IMG/VR virus record: IMGVR_UViG_3300045000_000090
Location: 1 to 42,953 of that record
Strand: one strand, 5' to 3'
Length of the DNA stretch: 42,953 nucleotides
DNA from: a virus
Taxonomy: Duplodnaviria; Caudoviricetes
Every line of letters starts with the position of its first letter. Within the stretch, counting starts at the first letter, position 1. The translations under genes were made by a program, and so were the position numbers. This document shows positions 35,332 to 42,953 of this stretch, piece after piece. The notes below the pieces were generated by a model. That model saw nothing but the letters and a program-made list of their open reading frames with translations. It was not told the origin of the DNA and did no database searches.

Positions 35332-35407
35332 CGGGTCCTGACCTTTCACGGAAGGTTCTGGATCAAGGCCCTCAGCTGGAGTTCCCGCTCCGCTGGGGGC
35401 CGCTTTT

Positions 35408-35421
35408 TAGTTGGTCAACTA
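35408..35421. promoter_or_regulatory. Palindrome TAGTTG-GT-CAACTA (operator or attP core candidate)
   Basis: Perfect 6-bp inverted repeat around a dinucleotide, in the AT-rich gap upstream of the integrase. Confidence 0.45.
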
Positions 35422-35457
35422 CAGATGGTTACCGGAGTAGGTTTTCGGCTGTCGTGG

Positions 35458-35493
35458 TGGCAATGGTGACACAAGGACGCTAGTCTGTCCACC
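35458..35493 (+). promoter_or_regulatory. Leaderless promoter for the integrase: TGGCAA-N17-TAGTCT-N7-ATG
   Basis: Correct spacing; no SD sequence before ATG 35494. Confidence 0.55.
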
Positions 35494-36957
35494 ATGTTGA
35501 GCGACTTCTACGGCAGGAAATCGTCCAAGGACGAAGGTCGTTCCGTCGCGTCCCAGGAAGCAGAGTGGCGAGCCGACTGCACCGAGCAGAACTTCAAGAC
35601 CGGCCGCGCGTTCGCCGACCCGGACAAGTCCGCCAGCCGCTACGCCAAGCAGCCCCGCCCCGACTTCGAAGCGCTGGTCGAGCACATCCGGTCCGGGCAG
35701 TGCGAAATGCTGACCATCTGGGAGTGCTCGCGCGGGTCGAGGAAGCTCGGCGAGTGGATCGAGTTCCTTGACCTCTGCCTTGAGCAGAAGACGCTGATCC
35801 GCGTCCTCAACGACGAGCGCACCTACGACATGAGTAAGGATTCCGACTACAGCACCCTGGCCACCGCCGGGGTCAAGAGCCGGTCCGAGTCCGAGATCAT
35901 CTCCAAGCGCACCCTGCGGGGCAAGCGCGCCGCCGCCGTTGCCGAGGGTGGCGGGCGCCCAGCCGGGAAGCTCGTCTACGGGTTCCTGCGCGAGTACGAC
36001 GAGCGCGGCAACTTCCTGCGCCAGTACGAGCACCCCGAGCAAGGGCCGGTGGTCCGCGAGATCGTCTCGCTGGTCGCCGCCCCTGTGCCCCTGAGGGAGA
36101 TCGCCCGCAGGCTCAACACCCGCGGCTTCACCACCGCACAGGGCCACGCCTGGACTGCCGAGCAGGTTCGCGACACCGCCATCAACCCGGGTTACGCCGG
36201 CCTGCGCGTCGACCGGGGAAAGATCGTCGGTCCAGCGTGCTGGGACCCGATCGTGGACGTCGCCGAATGGAAGACAGCGCATGCCCTGCTGACCGATCCG
36301 AAGCGGCGGAAAGGCAACGACCCGAGGCTCGCCAACTGGTTGACCGGTGCCGTCTCCTGCGGTGTCTGCGACAAGCCACTGCACAGCGCGAAGCGGGGGA
36401 CCGGGGTTCGCATCTACCGATGCCTGAGTTGCCTGCGCTGCTCGGCGTCCGCCGCTGGTATGGAAGCCGTGGTTGAGACGCAGTTGCTGGCCCGCATGCG
36501 GCGGATCGACGCCAAGGAGTTGTTCCTGCCCCGGGTCGACGACGAAGCGCTCCGGCTTGCCGAGAAGGAAGAGACCGACCTGCGGAAGCATCTCCAGGAG
36601 CACTACGACCTACCTCCCGGACAGTTGTCTGCGACGGGGCTGGCAGCGATTGAGGCGAAGCTCCTGCCGCAGATCGCCGAGGCCGAGGCGAAGGTGAAGC
36701 GCCTGTCCCTGCCCCCTGTACTGGCCGAGCTGGCGGATGTTGACGTGGTGGCCGAGTGGGACAACCTGGCCATCCACGTTCGGCGGGAGTTGGCGCGGAC
36801 GCTGGCGACCCTGATCCTGGACCCGGCGGTCTCGACCCCGCCGCGCTTCGACCGCCGTCGGCTGGGCCGCTCGCGCTGGGCCGGCGACGACCTCACGTGG
36901 GCCGCGCATTGGGCCGGGGTCGCGCCTGCTTCTCGGCCTCATTCAATCGATACTTGA
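35494..36957 (+). CDS. int: Large serine recombinase (integrase)
   Basis: YGRKS catalytic motif; SR.SR; ESE.ISKR..RG; recombinase domain YGF...NPGYAG; Zn ribbon CGVC...YRC..C. Confidence 0.95.
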   Translation: MLSDFYGRKSSKDEGRSVASQEAEWRADCTEQNFKTGRAFADPDKSASRYAKQPRPDFEALVEHIRSGQCEMLTIWECSRGSRKLGEWIEFLDLCLEQKTLIRVLNDERTYDMSKDSDYSTLATAGVKSRSESEIISKRTLRGKRAAAVAEGGGRPAGKLVYGFLREYDERGNFLRQYEHPEQGPVVREIVSLVAAPVPLREIARRLNTRGFTTAQGHAWTAEQVRDTAINPGYAGLRVDRGKIVGPACWDPIVDVAEWKTAHALLTDPKRRKGNDPRLANWLTGAVSCGVCDKPLHSAKRGTGVRIYRCLSCLRCSASAAGMEAVVETQLLARMRRIDAKELFLPRVDDEALRLAEKEETDLRKHLQEHYDLPPGQLSATGLAAIEAKLLPQIAEAEAKVKRLSLPPVLAELADVDVVAEWDNLAIHVRRELARTLATLILDPAVSTPPRFDRRRLGRSRWAGDDLTWAAHWAGVAPASRPHSIDT

Positions 36958-37870
36958 GCACCTCAATTTGTCCGGCGAGAGACTGAATATGCATGTACGC
37001 CTGCTCGCGCTCGGCGGCCAGTGTGGCGATCTCGTCTTCCGCCCGGGTGACAAACCGATCGACCTGCCGCTTGTCGTAGCCACGAAGAGCGGTGGCGAAA
37101 CCTATCGGGTCGCTAATCCCAAAATCAGGCGAATCAGGGAGCCGGGGCTCTGGGGCGTCGATCTGCCCGGGTCGTCGACCTTTCAGCCCACCCTTAGGCT
37201 CGATGATCTCCTTCAAGCGTGCCCGCGCTACCAGCATTTCTGTATCGAGCGTATCCAATATCGTGTTTATAGCCTTGCCCTGGCGGACCAAGTCGTCGCG
37301 CCAGTCCTGGAGCCCCTCCTCGGTCGACGGCGAGGTCGCGACCATCCGAAGCCTCGCATATGTGCCCTTGCCAAACTGGGTGTCCACCTGGCGTTCAAGC
37401 CGGGCCGCGAACCGCCGATAGTTGTGCTCACCCGGCGGCTCGATAATTTCTGGAACGAACATGGAAATGAAGGCCTCCATGAATGACCTGGTGTGCGGAA
37501 CGGATTCGGCGAATACGAGTTCGTAGCCGACGGATGGCCCACCATCCTCCGCCGGCAAGAATTCGTCCGGCGGTAGCAATAGGCCGAGGATCGGAACCCG
37601 GAGCGCCAACGAAAGCGCGAGCAAATCGTCAGCGTCGAACTGTCGGATGCGTTTGCCGTCCCACCCTCGTTCGGCGGCACTGACCGTTGCCTTCGACCAC
37701 GGACGACCGGTCAACTCCGCCAGCATCGTGCCCAATTGCTCCTGGGTATACCCAAGCGCTCGACGCCAGTGTCCGACGTTATAGGCCACGAACTGGTTGA
37801 GCGTGTAGCTCGACCTGTTGGGGGGCTCAGCGGGCTGCCGCTCCTCGATGGCCGGCGTCGGGTCTGTCAT
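36893..37870 (-). CDS. XRE-family immunity repressor with C-terminal DivIVA-like domain
   Basis: N-terminal HTH (R.ALGYTQEQLG...WSKATVSAAER); C-terminal FATALRGYDKRQVDRFV followed by a coiled coil. Confidence 0.8.
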   Translation of the reverse strand: MTDPTPAIEERQPAEPPNRSSYTLNQFVAYNVGHWRRALGYTQEQLGTMLAELTGRPWSKATVSAAERGWDGKRIRQFDADDLLALSLALRVPILGLLLPPDEFLPAEDGGPSVGYELVFAESVPHTRSFMEAFISMFVPEIIEPPGEHNYRRFAARLERQVDTQFGKGTYARLRMVATSPSTEEGLQDWRDDLVRQGKAINTILDTLDTEMLVARARLKEIIEPKGGLKGRRPGQIDAPEPRLPDSPDFGISDPIGFATALRGYDKRQVDRFVTRAEDEIATLAAEREQAYMHIQSLAGQIEVLKYRLNEAEKQARPRPNARPT

Positions 37871-37905
37871 GGATGCACTGTAGCCAGTGAGTCAACACTA
37901 GTCCA
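37871..37905 (-). promoter_or_regulatory. Leaderless repressor promoter: TGGACT-N17-TACAGT-N6-ATG
   Basis: Minus-strand hexamers at 37905-37900 and 37882-37877; the spacer contains a GTGTTGAC operator-like box. Confidence 0.6.
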
Positions 37906-38015
37906 GACTTGCCGCGCCACGGTGGCAGGTTTGTTGACTCAGTGGTCATGGTCGTGCGATCGTGTCACGGTGTTGACCGAGATCGTCGAGTCAAGTACGG
38001 CGTTGACCGTCAAGG
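37887..38015. promoter_or_regulatory. Operator cluster (GTTGAC/GTCAAC boxes) and rightward promoter candidate TTGACC-N17-TACGGC
   Basis: Boxes at about 37891, 37933, 37972 and 38002, between divergent HTH genes. Confidence 0.5.
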
Positions 38016-38023
38016 GCAGTGCA

Positions 38024-38254
38024 GTGTTGGCGAGCCACACGACATCACCCCTGCGTACGGTGCGCCTTGCCCAAGGCTTGTCCCTGAGACAAACCGCCGC
38101 ACGTGCCGGCATTGACCCAGCGCACCTATCGCGCGTCGAACGGGGCGAGCGGGTGCTCAGCCTCGACGCGATGCACCGCCTCGCCGTGGTGCTCAAGCTG
38201 GAGATGCTTGCGTCGATGCTGCGGCTTTACCTGCCAGACCAGGACGCGCTGTGA
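38024..38254 (+). CDS. Cro-like XRE HTH protein
   Basis: LR..R..QGLSLRQTA.RAGID.AHLSRVERG; divergent from the repressor. Confidence 0.85.
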   Translation: MLASHTTSPLRTVRLAQGLSLRQTAARAGIDPAHLSRVERGERVLSLDAMHRLAVVLKLEMLASMLRLYLPDQDAL

Positions 38255-38436
38255 AGGACACCGCCCAGGTCGACGACGACTGGGCCGAGCGCGCTGCCGC
38301 TGCCGCCCCGCCGCTGACCACTGAGCTGCGCGAAAAGATCCGCCGGCTCCTCGCCACCAACAAGGCGTACGAGCCACGTCCCGAGCCGCGATGCCGGCCA
38401 CGGGGCTCCACCCACACGACCGTCCGGGCCACCTGA
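38251..38436 (+). CDS. Putative recombination directionality factor (phiRv1 Rv1584c-like)
   Basis: AAAPPLT.E.R.....LL resembles the recalled Rv1584c C-terminus; located in the early operon. Confidence 0.5.
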   Translation: MKDTAQVDDDWAERAAAAAPPLTTELREKIRRLLATNKAYEPRPEPRCRPRGSTHTTVRAT

Positions 38437-38508
38437 GGTCCAGACGCAGAACGCCCCGGTCGCTGCTCGACCGGGGACGTCCATCAAGTAAGGAGTACCT
38501 ACGCAGCG

Positions 38509-39429
38509 ATGAATCTACCATCGAGCGGCGACAAGAAGCCGACTGGCGGCGCGTTCGCGATCGGCTACGACGTCGCCCAGCCCGGCTGCGGCACCTGCGA
38601 GGCCGGCGAGATCGGCGCCGTCTACATCGAGGTCAACGGCGACCCGCAGTGCGGCGACTGCTGGGAAAACTCCGGCAGCCTCGACCTTCCAGCCCTGCGC
38701 ACCGTCCGCTACCTCGCCAACGCTCTCGACGACATCGACTCGGCCCTGTTCCACGCCCCGGAAGGCATGGGCGGCTGGATGCTGTCCGCCGCCCTCGACA
38801 CCGTCATGTTCAGCGGCGCCGAGCGGGTCGAGGCCGGCCGCGACGGCCCGATGCCCGATGCCGACTTCGTTGACGAACTCATCCGCCGCCGCCCCGACTC
38901 GATGGACCGCGAGGACCTGTGGCGGCTCGTCGGCCTGCTCGCCCCGGACCTGACCGCCGAGGACACCACGCGGATGGCCGCCGCCGCAGAGGCCCGGCAC
39001 GTCCAGGCCACCACCCAGATCGTGGCGATGGATGCCGCGCTCCTCGTGATGGCCAGGGCCGGCGCCGGACCGGGTAGCCCGATCACGGTCGGGGAAGCGG
39101 TGGAGAAGGTCGGGATCGACTTCGACCGGTTCCAGGCCACCCTGACCACGGTGTGCGCGGAGCTTGGCGTCGGGCCGCGTGACCTGCCGCCGGACGTGGT
39201 CAACGACGTCATCGCGACCTCCCGGAAGGAGGTCGCCGTTGACCCGGACGCGCCGCTGGACCCGGCCGCGTTCTTGAGGGCGAAGGGCCTCGACGAGGCG
39301 CGGATCGCCGAGATCCTGCCGGACTTTGAGGAGAAGGTTCGGCAGGCGTACGTGCGGGAGCACGGGCATGAGCCGCCCACTGAGGTTCGTGAAGGACCTC
39401 AGTCGCGGCACGGCGAGGCGACCCGGTGA
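38509..39429 (+). CDS. Hypothetical protein with N-terminal CxxC/CxxC
   Basis: AAGGAG RBS; 306-aa ORF with GC3 bias. Confidence 0.7.
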   Translation: MNLPSSGDKKPTGGAFAIGYDVAQPGCGTCEAGEIGAVYIEVNGDPQCGDCWENSGSLDLPALRTVRYLANALDDIDSALFHAPEGMGGWMLSAALDTVMFSGAERVEAGRDGPMPDADFVDELIRRRPDSMDREDLWRLVGLLAPDLTAEDTTRMAAAAEARHVQATTQIVAMDAALLVMARAGAGPGSPITVGEAVEKVGIDFDRFQATLTTVCAELGVGPRDLPPDVVNDVIATSRKEVAVDPDAPLDPAAFLRAKGLDEARIAEILPDFEEKVRQAYVREHGHEPPTEVREGPQSRHGEATR

Positions 39430-39737
39430 GCGACACGTACCTGCTTGTCGGTGACCGGGGTGAGCCGCTCGGCATGATCGACATGGGCCGGGTCACCGAC
39501 CTGGGCACCGCGCTGGCGTTCGAGTTGGCGGCGGTCTGCGACGACCCGGCCGCCATGCACCGGGTCCAGGCCGCGATGCTCGCCCACGTCGGCGTAAGGA
39601 CGTTCGGCTACGTGGCCGCGTGCGCGTTGCGGCAGCTCGCCGAGCACATCCTCTCGCCCAGCCTCGACGTCGCTACGGCTCACGGCACCGACCTGCGGCC
39701 CGGGATCCGGGCCATCGCCGACGGGCGGGAGCCGTGA
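39426..39737 (+). CDS. Hypothetical protein
   Basis: GTGA overlap. Confidence 0.7.
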   Translation: MSDTYLLVGDRGEPLGMIDMGRVTDLGTALAFELAAVCDDPAAMHRVQAAMLAHVGVRTFGYVAACALRQLAEHILSPSLDVATAHGTDLRPGIRAIADGREP

Positions 39738-39915
39738 ACGAATCATCGGCCCGGATTACCGCCGGCCAAAGCGGGAACCGGACCACGGACGCAAGGCAGA
39801 TGTTTAAACCCACTCGCCGCGCTGTATTGCAAATGGCGCGACATTGAGCAGCCCGACTGGACCGGTTCGCAGGCCGACCGGAACCCGGAACCGCCACCGC
39901 CGAAGGGACCTTGCC

Positions 39916-40413
39916 ATGACCAGCACCACAGCAGCACCGAAGCTGGAGCTGTTGACCGACGGGCCCAACGACCTGGACTCGCTACTCGACCGCGCGGCCC
40001 GCGACCTGCACCGCAACATGCGCGCCGGCTACACCCCAGGGTTCGAGCGGGACCTGAAGGACTACCTGCTCGGCGCGTACCTCGCAAACGACGAGACCAA
40101 CCAGCGCGTCACCAGCGGCCTGGAAACGCTGATCGAGACCCGGATGCACCGGTTCATCCTCGTCGACTGCCTGCTCGACGAGGACGACGCGGCCAGCTAT
40201 GCCACCACCGCGGCGATGGGCGACATGCTGCTCGCCGCGATCCGCGCCCAGTCACGGGAGTACGAGGCGCTCGAACAGCTCGTGCTTGACGAGATCTGCG
40301 ATCGCTCCCGCATGGAGTCTGTCGTCCAGGTCGTCGACCGGTCGCATGTGGACGCCGTCATCGGAGAGAACGACTGGCCGCCGGTCGCGCAGCCCGGAAC
40401 CGGAGGGTGTTAG
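39916..40413 (+). CDS. Hypothetical protein
   Basis: GAAGGGA RBS before ATG 39916; strong GC3 bias. Confidence 0.7.
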   Translation: MTSTTAAPKLELLTDGPNDLDSLLDRAARDLHRNMRAGYTPGFERDLKDYLLGAYLANDETNQRVTSGLETLIETRMHRFILVDCLLDEDDAASYATTAAMGDMLLAAIRAQSREYEALEQLVLDEICDRSRMESVVQVVDRSHVDAVIGENDWPPVAQPGTGGC

Positions 40414-40449
40414 CAGGTCAGCCCCGGCGCGGGTACCGAACCGGACTTA

Positions 40450-40482
40450 TCCGGTCAACACATACACAAACGTCTATAATTA
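40450..40482 (+). promoter_or_regulatory. Candidate replication-gene promoter (TATAAT at 40475) with operator-like CGGTCAACAC
   Basis: AT-rich island. The box is the exact reverse complement of GTGTTGACCG at 37970. Confidence 0.45.
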
Positions 40483-40568
40483 GCCCTGAGACTGGAGCCG
40501 GCCGGCACACCCGCGTTCACGTCGCGGCAGGGCACAGGGCCACACAACACGAAGAAGGCGGGGGCGCC

Positions 40569-41678
40569 ATGAACGAGCTCCACAAGGAAGTGCGTACCGC
40601 CGTACAAGCCTGGTACCGCGCCGGGATGGCCGTCGTGCCAGTCCGCGCCGACGGGTCGAAATGCCCGGCCGTCGCGTGGAAGGGATACACCCGAACCCGG
40701 CCCACGTGGGAACAGACCTGCCGCTGGTATCGCGGCGACCAGCACGGGCTCGGGCTCATCTGCGGCGCCGTCTCCGGTGGCCTGGAACTCCTCGAAGTCG
40801 AAGGTCGCGCCATCGCCGACGGAGCCCGCGACCGGCTGCTCCCCGCCATCCGGCAGGCCGGCCTCGCCGACACCTGGCACCGGGTCATCACCTACGCCGA
40901 GATCTCCCCAGCTGGCGGGTGGCACGCGCTGTACCAGATCACCGGCGGACCGGTCCCGGGCAACACGAAGGTCGCCTCCAGGTTCGCCCGGCCCGACGAG
41001 CTGACCGAGCAGGAGCGCCAGGTCCTCGCGCAGCACCCGGGCAAACAGTTCCTCCGGGTCCTGGCGGAGACCCGGGGTGAGGGCGGCTTCGTCGTCGTCG
41101 CACCCTCCGGCGGACCTACCCATCCGACCGGGCGGCCGTGGGTGCTCGGCCGCAACGCCCAGCCCGGGGTCGTCGCCACCCTCGACCGGGCCGAGCGGGA
41201 CGCCATCGTGGCCGTGTTCGCCGAGGTGCTCGACGAGCGTCCCCAGCCCGAGGTGGTGCCCCGGCCACGGCGGCCGGCTGGCCCAGCACTCGCCGGGGAA
41301 CGCCCAGGGGACGCGTGGGCTAGGCAGACCGACTGGACGGACATCCTCGAACCCCACGGCTGGACGCGGGCATTCCAGCGCGGCCAGCAGATCTTCTGGC
41401 GTAGGCCCGGCAAGGAGCCCGGCGAGGGCCACGGCTGGTCTGCGCGGACCGGCGGCGAGCACGACACCCTGTACGTGTGGTCGACGTCGACCGAGTTCCC
41501 GGCCGAGGAGACGATCACCAAGTTGCGGGCGCTCGCGATCCTGGCCCACCGGGGCGACGACCGGGCCGCTGCCGCCGAGCTGCGCCGGCTCGGCTACGGC
41601 GACCCGCTACCCGATCTGCCCGGTGACGACGTGTGGGCGACCGCGACCCGGACCCGGCCCATCCGGAGGGCCGCGTGA
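40569..41678 (+). CDS. Bifunctional DNA primase/polymerase (Prim-Pol, AEP superfamily)
   Basis: G.AVVP...DGSK.PAV.WK, GLGLICG..SGGL..LEVE, SPAGGWH.LY and ETRGEGGFVVVAPS motifs; C-terminal WRRPGK domain. Confidence 0.9.
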   Translation: MNELHKEVRTAVQAWYRAGMAVVPVRADGSKCPAVAWKGYTRTRPTWEQTCRWYRGDQHGLGLICGAVSGGLELLEVEGRAIADGARDRLLPAIRQAGLADTWHRVITYAEISPAGGWHALYQITGGPVPGNTKVASRFARPDELTEQERQVLAQHPGKQFLRVLAETRGEGGFVVVAPSGGPTHPTGRPWVLGRNAQPGVVATLDRAERDAIVAVFAEVLDERPQPEVVPRPRRPAGPALAGERPGDAWARQTDWTDILEPHGWTRAFQRGQQIFWRRPGKEPGEGHGWSARTGGEHDTLYVWSTSTEFPAEETITKLRALAILAHRGDDRAAAAELRRLGYGDPLPDLPGDDVWATATRTRPIRRAA

Positions 41679-42953
41679 CCGACCAGACCAAGCCCGCCCT
41701 TCTCCTCGTCAACGGCGAGGGGCAGACCGAATCGCAGCGCGCTCGCATGGCACGCGAGACGCACGAGCGGTTCCTGGCCAAGCAGGCGACGCTGGCCAAG
41801 AAGGAGAAGGCGGCCGAGGAGCGCCGTGCGGAACTCAGGGCACGCAGCGAGCTGGTAGCCGGCCGCGGACTACCCTCCATTCACCTCAGCACTGACCCGG
41901 ACTCGATCCGATCAATCGCCAAGGCAGTCGACACCGGCTCGATCCCCGACACCTACGTGCGGGCGGGGGCGGTCGTAGTCGTGGAAACCCCATCCGGGGC
42001 CATCGACAGCGGCGACGAGCCCATTCAGACCATCGTCGTCGTCGACCCGACCCGGCTCGCCCGCATGCTGGCCGACCACACCTTCACCTACGAGATGCGG
42101 CGGGAGAAGCTACCCGACGGCGCCGAGGCGCTCGTAGAGGTCGAGACGACACCTAAGGCGCACGTGTCGGCATCCGCGCTCGCAGCGACCAACTGGCCCA
42201 ACCTGCGCCCACTGAGGGGAATCGTCACGGCGCCAGTGTTTCGGCCGGACGGAACCTTGGTTCAGAGCCCCGGATACGACGACACGACCGGGCTGATCTA
42301 CTCGCCGAAGTTGTCGCTCGCCGAGGTGCCGGAACGGCCCAGCGCGGAGGAGGTGGCGAACGCCCGCACGTTCATCCTGGAGTCGCTGCTCGGCGATTTC
42401 CCGTGGGTCGGGCCGAGCAAAGCCAACTACGTAGGGATGCTGGTAACTCCATTGCTGCGGACGTACCTCGGCGGCGTGCCAGTACCGCTCGCCGCGGTCG
42501 ACGCCACCTCGCCCGCAACAGGGAAGTCGCTCCTTCCGCAGATCATGATCAGTATCTACTCCGGATACACCCGCCCTTGGGTCGGCGACGACGCCGAGCT
42601 TCGCAAGGCCATCACAGCCACGCTCGTCGACGAGGCCGGCGCGATCGTCTGCCTGGACAACGTCGGGAAGGGTGAGGTCGTCGACCAGCCGACCCTCGCC
42701 GCGCTGCTCACCACGAAGGTGTGGTCCGACCGGATCCTCGGCGTCTCGACCAGCGTCCGCGTGCCCAACGACAGGGTCTGGTTCGTCACCGGCAACTCCC
42801 TTTCCATCGGCGGCGACATCGCCTCGCGCACTGTCCTGATCCAGCTCGACGCAATGATGCCCGACCCGGCGCTCCGGCCCGTCTCGGAGTTCGCCCTCGG
42901 TGACCTGGAGGAGTGGTTGGCCAAGCCCGGCAATCGGGCCACTCTCCTACATC
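41675..42953 (+). CDS. P-loop helicase/primase-associated ATPase, N-terminal part (about 587 aa in total, ending at 612); missed by the ORF track
   Basis: GTGA overlap with the Prim-Pol stop; GGAGG RBS; P.FRPDG.....PGYD..TG; Walker A ATSPATGKS; Walker B LDN; TGN....GD..SR. Confidence 0.88.
   Translation, partial: MTDQTKPALLLVNGEGQTESQRARMARETHERFLAKQATLAKKEKAAEERRAELRARSELVAGRGLPSIHLSTDPDSIRSIAKAVDTGSIPDTYVRAGAVVVVETPSGAIDSGDEPIQTIVVVDPTRLARMLADHTFTYEMRREKLPDGAEALVEVETTPKAHVSASALAATNWPNLRPLRGIVTAPVFRPDGTLVQSPGYDDTTGLIYSPKLSLAEVPERPSAEEVANARTFILESLLGDFPWVGPSKANYVGMLVTPLLRTYLGGVPVPLAAVDATSPATGKSLLPQIMISIYSGYTRPWVGDDAELRKAITATLVDEAGAIVCLDNVGKGEVVDQPTLAALLTTKVWSDRILGVSTSVRVPNDRVWFVTGNSLSIGGDIASRTVLIQLDAMMPDPALRPVSEFALGDLEEWLAKPGNRATLLH
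42827..42953. repeat. Terminal direct repeat, copy 2
   Basis: Identical to 1-127. Confidence 0.97.

Noticed and set aside
42827-42953. 127-bp terminal repeat as biological phage DTR or att site
   Set aside because: It falls mid-gene, equals a common assembler k-mer length, and the terminase looks cos-type. It is an assembly overlap of a circular sequence.
1-42953. CRISPR array, reverse transcriptase/DGR, retron, rRNA, IS transposase, lysin B, family A/B DNA polymerase, relaxase/T4SS
   Set aside because: No repeat-spacer pattern or diagnostic motifs found by eye; weak homologs among the hypothetical ORFs cannot be excluded.

Overview
The window is an apparently complete, circularly permuted genome of a temperate, high-GC actinomycete siphovirus. 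Bases 1-127 repeat exactly at 42827-42953, so the unit length is 42,826 bp. The host is probably a filamentous actinomycete such as Micromonosporaceae (inference from gene content; no lysin B was recognised). Positions 4.6-25.3 kb (+) hold a full virion and lysis operon: HNH, P27-type TerS, TerL, portal, a protease-scaffold-capsid polyprotein, two paralogous tail-tube genes, a frameshifted tail chaperone, tape measure, tail tip, an amidase endolysin and holin-like membrane proteins. Positions 35.5-42.9 kb plus 1-1.05 kb hold a large serine integrase, a repressor/Cro switch, an RDF-like gene, a Prim-Pol, a helicase and a repeat-rich putative origin. The most striking feature is 25.4-35.4 kb (-), which looks like the transfer module of actinomycete integrative conjugative elements (AICEs) and Streptomyces plasmids: a TraB-type FtsK/SpoIIIE translocase, a clt-like repeat cluster, Spd-like membrane proteins, and GntR and XRE regulators. 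The element may therefore spread both as a virion and by TraB-mediated hyphal conjugation. Other oddities are a repressor fused to a DivIVA-like domain, an antisense aberrant tRNA-like gene, a GntR ORF lacking a usable in-frame start, an unannotated Trp-periodic peptide, and Glu-type maturation motifs in the portal and capsid. All calls come from reading motifs by eye; no database searches were run.
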